A stretch of DNA of 25,149 nucleotides from Cyanophora paradoxa CCMP329. Its lineage: Eukaryota; Plantae; Glaucophyta. Positions 1 to 8,928 of this stretch are shown one piece after another. The translations under genes and the position numbers were made by a program. The stretch's first letter is position 1, and each line of letters begins with the position of its first letter. Location of the stretch: the NCBI GenBank assembly GCA_004431415.1, contig QPMI01000386.1, forward strand, positions 1-25,149, in the 5' to 3' direction. The notes beneath the pieces are model-generated. The model had not been told where the DNA came from. It worked only from the letters and a program-made list of their open reading frames with translations, and did not search any database.

Positions 1-2155
1 GGGGCGGGGGCAAGGCGGGGCCCCGCACCAGAAGGGATGAGCTCGCCCAGCAGCACCTGCGCAGCCGCCGGCGTCAGTGGGCCGGGCGGGGGCGGGGCGG
101 GCGGGGCGCACGACGCCGCGCTCGGTGAGGAGGAGGGCGGGGAGGAAGGCGGCGCAACCGGCGGCGACGGCGGCGAGGGCGAAGGGGAAGGGCGCGCGCA
201 GCGGCACCAGCGCCAGCGGCGCGCTGCTCGCGATCGCCACGACGCTCCACCAGGCGCCCTTCTCGTGCAGCAGCGCCCCCGTGCGGGAGCCCGGCAGGGC
301 GCACACCGAGTAGGCCGAGGCGGCGAGGATGGCCGCCACGGAGGCGGCGACGGCGGCGTGGAGGGCGGGCCCCGGAGGAAGAGGGCCCGCCAGGCGCGGG
401 GCGGGAGGGCGAGGGCGAGGAGGAGGGCGGCGGGCCCCCGCCGGCCCCAGCTGGACGGCGAGGAGGCGGCCGGCGTCGGGCCGCCCCGCCGCGCGTACCG
501 CGCCCACGAGAGGCACGTCGTCTGCCGCCCGTCACGCCGGCGAGGGAGGGCGGGGCGGGGGCGGGGCGGGAGGCAGAGCGCACGAGGAGGAATGCGGCGA
601 AGAAGAGGGCAGCGAGGGGCAGGGTGCGCCCCCGCGCCGACGCCAGGCCCCACTGCGCGGCGCCCGTGAGGGGCGCCCCGGGGGCGGGGGTGGCGGGGCG
701 GGGCGGGGCGGACGGCGCGGAAGGCGGCCTCCTCCTCGGGCTGCTCGAAGCGCATCGCAAGGCTCGTCGACCACCGCCGCCCCGCCCCGCCCCGCACCGA
801 GCCCCCGGCCCCGCCCCGCACCGAGCCTCCCGCCCCGCCGCGGAGCGAGCCCCGGCGCCGCTCCAGACAGAGCTGCCGGCGCCGCCCGAACGGAACCGGT
901 CTCGGGCCCGGGCGGCGAGGCGGCTTTGAAGGAGAAGACCGGGAGAGGGCGTCCGCGGCGGGGCCGGCGTGGGGCCGGGGGCCCCGCGCGGGGCGCCAGG
1001 GGCTCGGGGTCGGTGTCGAGGCGCTCGAGGCGCACCGGCCAGCCGCCGCCCCGCGCCGGCCACGCCTCGGGCACCTCCGCCCCGCCGGCCCCGCGACGCA
1101 CACGCTCCCCTCCGTCCCGGCATCCGCCTCGCAGTCGGCGGCGGCGGCGGTCGCCGGGGGCCCGCGGGCACGCGGCTGGCGGCCTCGGCGCCCGGGCCGG
1201 GAACCGAAATCGGAGAGACGGGCGCCGCAAGACGGACGAGCATCTGCGGGCGGTGAGAGGCGATGGGGGCGGGCGGTGCGGGGGGCGCGGGCGGGCGCGG
1301 GTGCGGACGTCGCGGTGACGGACGGCGGCGGTGACGGTGGTGAGGAGGGCGGAGACGGCGAGCGAGGCGGCCGCCTGCAGCGCCGCCTCCCCCCGCAGCC
1401 CGCTCTCCGCGGGGACCACCGCGAGGTAGAGCGGCACGTAGAGCGCCGAGAGCAGCAGCTGCACCGCCCCCTGCCCGCCCCGCCCCGCCTCGCCCCGGGG
1501 CCGCGCGGGGGGAGCGGGGCGAGGCCGGGGCGGACGAGGAGGAGGAAGTGGGAGCTGCCGGCGGCGCCGAGGGCCCAGAAGATGAGGATGGCGCCCGAGG
1601 GCGGGCTCACCGCCAGCTCCTCCTGCGCGCCCGTGAGCCCCGAGGCGACTGGGCGGGGCGCGGGGCGGGCCTTGAGGTCGGGGAGGGCTGCGTCGGCGGC
1701 GAGGAGGGCGAAGAAGGAGACGTGGAAGAGGACGAAGGTCAGCGAGGCGCCCCCCAGGAACCAGTGCTCCCGCACCCGCGCGCCCCCGAGGAACGACGCC
1801 GCCAGCGCCCCCGAGATCGCCGCTGCGGAGGAGGCCCGCCGTGAGCGCCGGGCAAGGCGGGGTGTGGGGCGCGGGAGGCGGGCGGGAACCGATGGCGAGG
1901 GCGCTGCGGGTGAGGAAGATGTGGTGGCGGAGCTTAAGCGGGTCGAAGTAGTTGCTCAGCGCCGACACCACCATGAGCAGGATCGCTGCGCGGCCCGTCA
2001 CGCCCGGTTTGTGATCAAAAGTCGGAGGGGCCCGGGGCGGCGGGCGCACAGATGGAGGCCGTGATGCGCTGCAGCTTCAGGCGCCGCTGGCTCGCCTCGA
2101 TGACAAACGTGCTGTTGCGCGGCAGCGGCGCCCGCAGGTGCCGCCGCCACGCCAT
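1..2155 (-). CDS. Multi-exon multi-pass membrane protein of unknown function, 3'-truncated by window edge
   Basis: ATG at 2155 (AAAATGG). Intron 1986-2049 joins MAWRRHLRAP...ITASI to SILLMVVSALSNYFDPLKLRHHIFLTRSALAI. Later hydrophobic exons include WFLGGASLTFVLFHVSFFALLAA, AILIFWALGAAGSSHFLLL, VQLLLSALYVPLYLAVV, LPLAALFFAAFLL and AWWSVVAIASSAPLALV. Some junctions and frames in the 3' half are uncertain. Confidence 0.75.
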
Positions 2156-2581
2156 TTTGATGGCGCGCCCGCGGCCGGGCGAGTTCGATCGATATCGGGG
2201 CGGCAAGGCGTTTCGCTGCGGCGAGCCGCCGCCGCGCGGCTCACACCGGATGCTCTGCTAGATGCGGCTCACAATCGCTCTTCAAAACGCCTGTGGCAGG
2301 GCTCCGCCGAACTCGGAGCTTGCGCCAAGCTGGCGCCGACTTGCCGCGCGGCTGCCGGGGCGCGGCGGGCGCGCTTCTTTCAACTTGACAGTCTTGACTA
2401 GCTTGTTTGTTCGCGGCGCGATACAAGCAGCTGCATGCAGCTGCAGCCTGCAGCTGCAGCTTGCGCATGCAATTGCTGCGCTGGCTGTACCGGTATGCGG
2501 AGTGCTGGTGGGCGGAGGTGGTGATTGGCTTGACGGTTCACGAGGCGAGACGGGTACAGACTGCCAGTCCCCACCGCGAAA
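2156..2581. promoter_or_regulatory. Probable bidirectional promoter/5'UTR region
   Basis: Lower-GC spacer between divergent predicted start codons (2155 minus, 2582 plus); contains TGCA-rich palindromes. Confidence 0.5.
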
Positions 2582-4504
2582 ATGAGCGCACCGAACGTGG
2601 CCGTCGTCGTGGTGCCCGATGCGACGATGGAGCGCGATGAGGATTTCCGTGGCAAGATATGTGAGTGTGCGCCTGTCTCGCCGACGAAGGTGCAAAAACC
2701 GTTCTCCTCACGCGGTCCGCGCGCTCATGATCAAGCCGCTCGTGCTGCGCACGCTCACGCAGAACGGATCGAACACATCTTCGTGGCAGATGATCGGAGC
2801 CGAAGGGATGGCGACGGCGCCAACGTCGCTTGGGTCGTCGCCCGAGAAGGGTTCCGGCGCACCGCTCGAGCTCTCCGCTTCCGCTTTCGCGAAGACCTCT
2901 GTTGAGGGAGCGGACGCTCTGCGCGCTGCCCTGCAGGAGCGAGAGCGCGAGTGCGCGCGTCTCTGCGAGCTCCGCCAGCAGCAGCAGGCGTCGGAGCGCT
3001 CACCGGAGCAGCGCGCGGCCGACGAGAAGGCGATCGAGGAGGTGAACAAGAAGATGCAAGGTCTGCTTTGCCCGTTGCATCTTTTGCACGTACGGCAGGG
3101 TTGCATCAATTTGACCTTGCAATTGCAATCACAGGTGCGTGCAGTCGGATTGAAACGGGGCACCCTTCAATGAATCATTAAGTTTCGCGAAGAGCTGCGG
3201 GCGGTGCTGGAGGGGGAAGCGAGCGAGGAGGTCAGCACGCGCGTGACGGCGGAGGTCGCCTCCCAGACGACGTGCGCACGAATCGCCGCCGCCGTGGACA
3301 TCGCAGCCCGCCCCTCAACGTCGCGATCCGGATCCGCGCCGCACGCGCGCAGGCCAGCCCCACCGCAGGCACCGGCTGCCGCAGAGCCGGGGGCGGGGAA
3401 GGCGGAAGGGCAGGAGCGGGATGGTGAGCTGAAGGCGCTGCGGCAGCGCGTGGCGACGCTGGAGCGCGCGCTGGAGCGCGCCGACGCCCTCCGCACCGGT
3501 CGGCCCTCGGCCCGCCCCCCGGCGCGCGGCCCTGGGTCTGACGGGCGGGGACGCCGGCAGCGGACGCGATGGAGGTGCTTGCGCTGCGGGAGAGGCTTCG
3601 CTTCTCGCCGAGCGCCGCCGACCAAGAGCGCATTGTCGCCCAGCTCAACGCCCTGTGCCCCCCGCCGCCGCCCCGCCGCCCCGCCGCCGCCCCCCCGCGT
3701 CCCCTCGCGGCGACGGGCGAGGGGCGGGCAGGCGGCAGCGGGCGGAGGGGACGCGCGGGCGATCGAGTCGCTGGGGCGCGAGGTCTCCAACCTGCGCCGC
3801 GGCGCGCCCTCCCCGGCCCCGCCTGCCAGCCTGTGCGCCGCCTCGGGCGAGGCGGCCCGGGGCGCAGAGCTCGGGGAGGCCGGCCGCTTCCGCACCGCCG
3901 CCCTCGAGCACATCCAGGTCCCCGGCTGCCCCGCCCGCGCCCGCCGCCCCGCCGAGCCTCCGCGCCGCGGCGCAGGGGCTGGAGCGGCAGCTGGCGGCCC
4001 TCGGCCCGCAGGCGCAGACAGCCCGCGTGCGCCCCCGCCGCGCCCCGGCCCCGCGGTCGCGCGCTGTGGCGAGGGTGCCGGCAGATGGCGCAGGAGGTCT
4101 ACCAGCAGTACCAGCGCGCCCTCGCTGCGCTACGGGCCCAGGCCCGCCTCGCCCCGCCGCCCCGCCGCCCCGCCCCGCCCCGGCCGGCCCGGGCCCGCTG
4201 ACTGCTGACCGCTGCGGGGCGCAGGGGGACGAGATCGAGCGCCTCCGCGTGCGCCTCCCGCGCCCCTCCGCCCCGCGCCCCTCCGCCGACCGGCCGGCGG
4301 CGGCGGCGGGCAGGGGGAGAACCGGTCGCTGCAGCAGGTGCGGGGGCGGCGGGGGCGTGCGGGTGCCGGGGCGAGGGGCGGGGCGCAGGAGGTGGACGCA
4401 GCGTACCGGGGCACGCGCGGGCCCGCCGCCGACGAGCTCCAGGGGCACGCCGCCCCCGTCGCTGGCCGCCCCCCCCCCAGGACATCGACGCCTGGGACTT
4501 CTAG
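2582..4504 (+). CDS. Multi-exon coiled-coil protein, unknown function
   Basis: Heptad-like exons (ALRAALQERERECARLCELRQQQQ; ELKALRQRVATLERALERADALR; MAQEVYQQYQRALAALRAQ; GDEIERLR) separated by short introns ending CAG. The 3' end is uncertain: QDIDAWDF* (TAG 4502-4504) needs an indel in a long C run, otherwise the stop is at 4586. Confidence 0.7.
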
Positions 4505-4916
4505 CCCCCCGCCCCGCCCGCCCCACCCTTTGCTTTTGTCCACGTCGACAGGGCCCGACCCGCCGGGCCCCGGCCAGCCCGAATAAGACTGCAGCCGTTC
4601 GATTTCGCAGTTTGTGGACAGCCCTTTTCAATTTCGTTGGACCCCTGGATCTCGTGAACGCATTTCCAGTATACGTAGCTAGGCATTCGAATTCGAATTC
4701 TTCTCATAGCGCGCTCCGTAACTACCGCACTACGCTACTCTGTATCCTGCAGCAGCTGCGTGTTCAAAAGTGTCCGCTGTAAAATTTACTGTCACTGATT
4801 CGCGTCGAAGCAGGCCCTGGCCGCCTGCCTTCCCGCTGGCCGCCCAGCGGGAGGAGCCGAAAGGGAAACATTGAAATGAAAGGAAGAAAGGAGGGGACGG
4901 GATGTAAGGAGCGCCA

Positions 4917-6522
4917 TCAGAAGCCGAAGGAGAAGAGCATGTCGAGAGGGTGGCCGCCGAAGGCGAGGCCGCCCCCGTCGCTGCCCCCGTCGTCGCTCCC
5001 GTACTCCTCCTCGTCGTCCTCGTCGTCGCTGTACCCCTCCTCATCATCATCCTCGTCGCCCCAGCCGCCGTTCTCATACCCGTCGCAGTAGCCCCAGCGG
5101 TCGTGCGCCGGCGCGCGCCGGGGCCGCTTGGGGCGCGGCCCGGCGGCGGTGGCGGCGGCAGCGGCGGCGTGCAGGCGGCGGGAGAGGGGCGTGCAGGGCG
5201 GCGGAGCGAGCACGCGCCGCGGGGCCCCGCGGGGGGGGCCGCAGTCGTCGGGGGCCCAGACCCACCCGTCGCCCGCCCCTGCCGCCTCCTCCTCGTCCTC
5301 ATCCTCGCTGTCGCTGCCGAGGGGCCCGTGCCAGACAAAGCCGGCGGGGCCCGGCCCCCAGCCGCCCTCCTCCTCCTCCTCCTCGGCGAGGGCGCGCACG
5401 GCGCTGCCGCGCACGTCCAGCTCCTCGATCACCTCCTCCTCCTCCGCAGCCGCCGCCGCCGCCGGAGCTGCCGCCGCCGCCGCCGCCGGCACGGGCACCG
5501 GCACGGCATTCTCCGCCCGCGACGCCTCCGCCGGACTCGGCGGGGCGGGCACTTCGCCGCCCGCCTCGGCGGCCTCGCCGGCAGCGGGGGCGGCGAGGGA
5601 AGAGGCGGAGAGGGTGCGGCGGTAGTGGGCGACGAGCTCGGAGCGCTCCCGGAGGCCGGGCGGCAGCGCGCGGCTCCCCGTCGCCTCCTCGAGCCGCGTC
5701 AGCAGCTCCCGCGCCGCCAGCCCCGCCGGGTCGGGCGCCCACCCGCCCGCCACCACCAGCTGCCCCGCCCCGCCCCCGCCGCCCCCGCGCCCGCCTCCGG
5801 GCCCGGCACGCACGCCTCGGCCGCACTGCGCTGCTCCTCGCGGCCGGCCTCGCTGCCCTCCGGCTCGACCGGGGCCGGCCTCGCGCAAGGCGCCGCAGCC
5901 GCCTGCGCCGGCGAGGCCGGCGGCGTCTCCAGCGGCGGCGGCGGCGGCGACGCGGAGGCCCCGGCGGGCTCCTCCGCGCCCTCCTCCCGCTGCGGCTCCG
6001 CGGCCACCCGCGAGGCTCCGCCTCGGGCGCCGCCGCCTGCGGGGCGGTCCGGTGACGCGGGGCGGGCGGGGGGCGCGGGGCGGCTGTGCACGGAGGCGCG
6101 GCTCCAGCGCCCTACGGACGCGTCTTCATCTGAGGCCTGGCGCCCTCAGACTCGGCGTCCTGCAGCCGCCAGCGCCTCCGGCTTCTTGCCTCGGGGAGCG
6201 CCGCCCACCTTAAGGGCTCGCGCCTGCACCCCCTCGCTCGCCTTGTGCTTCTTGGCGCGGGGCGCAGCGCGCAGCTCCTCCTTCGACGCCGGCACGAGCT
6301 TCGGCGGCTCTTCATCCTCCCGCACAGGCACCGACGTGCGCGCGCGCTTCTTCGACTTCAGCGGCAGCTGCGGCAGCGTCAGGCTGCGGTACAGGACGCG
6401 ACGGCGCATTCGCGCACGCTCGCTGCGCCAAGAAAGCCGCTGCAGGTCGGGAATTCGTCGGAGTCGATGGGGTCTTCAGGCTCTTCCGCGTGCAGTACCG
6501 GGTTGCGCCCTTGATGCAGCAT
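4917..6522 (-). CDS. Hypothetical low-complexity protein with acidic C-terminus
   Basis: MLHQGRNPVLHAEEPEDPIDSDEF... then GTGCGC..CTGAC..GCAG intron, then LPLKSKKRAR (NLS-like). The terminal exon has D/E tracts and ends GGHPLDMLFSFGF*. About 3 introns. Confidence 0.65.
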
Positions 6523-7088
6523 GCCCAACGCGAGCGCTCCAACGCGCCGGCCAACTGCGCGCGCGCGTATGAGCGTTGGCAGGCGCGCAGGAGCGTTTAG
6601 TCTTCAGGCGCGTTGGGGCATTCCTGCAGCCAGGCTTCCGCTGGCCCATGGCCCCGCATCGCCGCGTATGAAACTCGACGGCACGCACCAGGGGTCATGT
6701 GGAAGCCTTGCGGCGCCCAGAAGTCGAGCATGTTCGCGATCTCTCACTGAAGAAGCTAGCGAGAAGGCCTGCGTCGCCAGCGATCGCGATTAGAGACGAC
6801 GCGGGCGCTGGAAGCACCGGCTCGCAAGCGCGCCGCGGTCAGAGAATAGGAAAAGGCACCTGGATCGATGTAAAATCGGCAGGAAACCGGCGCTTCTTCT
6901 CGTTCAGCAGCGCTTCTGGACGCGCCGCTCGCTGCGTCTACCCCCCTCAATCCGCTGCGTTCGACGTCAGCAAGCTTCATCTGTCGGCCTCTGCGGCGCT
7001 CATCGACGTCGTAATCTGCTGCAAGTCTGCTGCGAGCCAGCTCCATCTGCCAGCTGCGCTGCGCGCTTCCACATCGCTGTCGAGTGGC

Positions 7089-8399
7089 ATGGCGCGCGCG
7101 GGCGGACGGCAGGCACAGGCGAAGCGCGCAGCATCAGCGCAGTCGACGTCCAGCGGGCTCGGCTCCGGCGCGCTGCTGGCCGTGCTGCTGGCCGTAGCAG
7201 CCGCCTTGCTTCTCGTGCCTCGCGCGCTCAAGCTGCGATCCTCCAGCGACGTCGACGATGGGCCGTATGTGTACGGGAGCGATGAGCCGATCGATTACGA
7301 GCGGGGTCTCAACGAGGAGTTCGCCGCGGCCGTACTGCAGAGCAGTATGGACGAGCTGCTGGCCGCCGCTCCCGACTTGTCCCTGCCAGCGTTGGAGGCG
7401 GAGGCGAGCGCTGCGCAAGTGTGCGCGAACTGGAGCGCGCTCTGAGCCTCGGCGCGTGGCAGGTCGAGGCAGTGATCGAGCGGGAGTGGAAGAACGCGAC
7501 GCGCGCCACGCCGAGGATCGCGCGTGCGATGACGAACAGGCACTTCTTCGACCTGAAGAGCTATGCGATCTTCAAGGCGAGCCGGGGCTCAGCGGCCCGG
7601 CCCGGCCCGGCCCCGAGCGCGAAGCTGACGCGGGGGGCAGGTGGCGGCGGAGCACATCGCGGGGGACGAGGCGCGGCTAGCCTTCACGGAGCGCATCGGG
7701 CGGCGGATCTACCGTCTGGCGGGGAACGCGGTGGACCTCTCGCCCAAGGCGGGGCGCCTGGAGGAGGAGGAGGAGCCGTGGGAGGCCCCGCTGGGGCGCC
7801 TCGTCGGCTACCTCTCCTCCGTCGGCTACCTCGCCGAGGGCGGCATCGACTGGTCCCAGTGGAGCACTGCCCGCTGGCTCGCCCGCGGTCCGCCGGGCCG
7901 CCCCCGCCCCGCGCCCCCGCCCCGCCCCGCCCCGGGTGCCGACGGCGGGGCGGGGCGCGGGCAGGGAAGAGCCAGTTCCGGTACTGGATGAAGGACCCGG
8001 TGATCCTGCCCTCCGCGAAGCGCCTCTACTCCGAGCACGGCTTCGCCCAGGTGCCGCCCCGCCTCGCCGCCCCGGCCTGGAGGGGCGCCGAGCGGGGCGG
8101 GGCGGGCGGGGACGCAGCACTACAGCTCGCGGACGCTGGAGGCGTTCTTCGAGGCGTTCGGGATCACGGCGCGGGAGGAGAGCTCGTTCGACCCGCGCGG
8201 CTACCCCCCGGAGCTCGTCGTCGAGCTCTGGAACGTCGAGCGGCCCGTCGGGCGCGGGCCCAGCGCCACCGAGCGCTACCTCGAGACCCTCAGCGAGACC
8301 CTCAGGGCCGGCATCGAGGCCGCCGCCGCCGCCGCCGAGGGCGCCACCCCCTCGCCCCCGCCCCTCCCCCTCGGCGCCCCGCCCCCCGCGCCCGCTTGA
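7089..8399 (+). CDS. Type II membrane/signal-anchor protein with a globular uncharacterised domain (5 exons)
   Basis: MARAGGRQ...ALLAVLLAVAAALLLVP (TM). Exons join in frame: SAAQ|VEAVIEREW..FFDLKSYAIFK|VAAEHI..WLARG|KSQFRYWMKDP..HGFAQ|HYSSRTLEAFFEAFG..PAPA*. Intron 7577-7640 is GC-AG. Confidence 0.8.
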
Positions 8400-8928
8400 T
8401 CCACAAGCTTGGTACGGTACTGGTTCAGTTTATTCTGCAATCCGCAATTCAGATATCTACTCTACACTACCAGACTTGGCCATGTTTAAGATGTCGATGA
8501 CATCGTAGTCGCAAAGACTACATTGCAGAAATGATAAGAGCGATAACATGTACAGGCGAGCAGATTGAAACGATTTTGATGTACTACGGTAGCATATGAA
8601 ACGTGGATACGACTTGAAAGGGACTGTACATGCACTGGACAGCACTTGAAAAGCACTGGATAGACAGTGATCAACTGCCACAAAGAATAAAAGCACTGCT
8701 GATCTGCATGATAAGATGTGGATTATCGACTGTGCAGCACGACTGCAAAAGAGCTGGAACTAAATACACTATCTTCAAGAAAGAAACCGGAGGGAAGAGA
8801 GATACGCGAAGCGGAGATGCTAAGGAGGGAGGAGGAAACTGCAATCTAGATCGTCAGGACTGCAGCACGAGATTCCGAAGGGAGCACGAAGCCGAGGAGG
8901 CTCCACGGGCGGGTCGGGGCCGCAGGCG

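Noticed and set aside
786-830. Short direct repeat CCGCCCCGCACCGAGCC x2
   Set aside because: Low-complexity local duplication, probably intronic, with no evidence of function.
5759-5820. Possible additional GC donor (GAG|GCGTGC) in the acidic protein gene
   Set aside because: An in-phase GT donor (TGC|GTGCCG) lies 6 nt downstream, so it was not counted.
8400-8928. AT-rich spacer as a mobile element or snoRNA cluster
   Set aside because: No terminal inverted repeats, target-site duplication, convincing ORF or canonical C/D boxes; consistent with convergent 3' UTRs.
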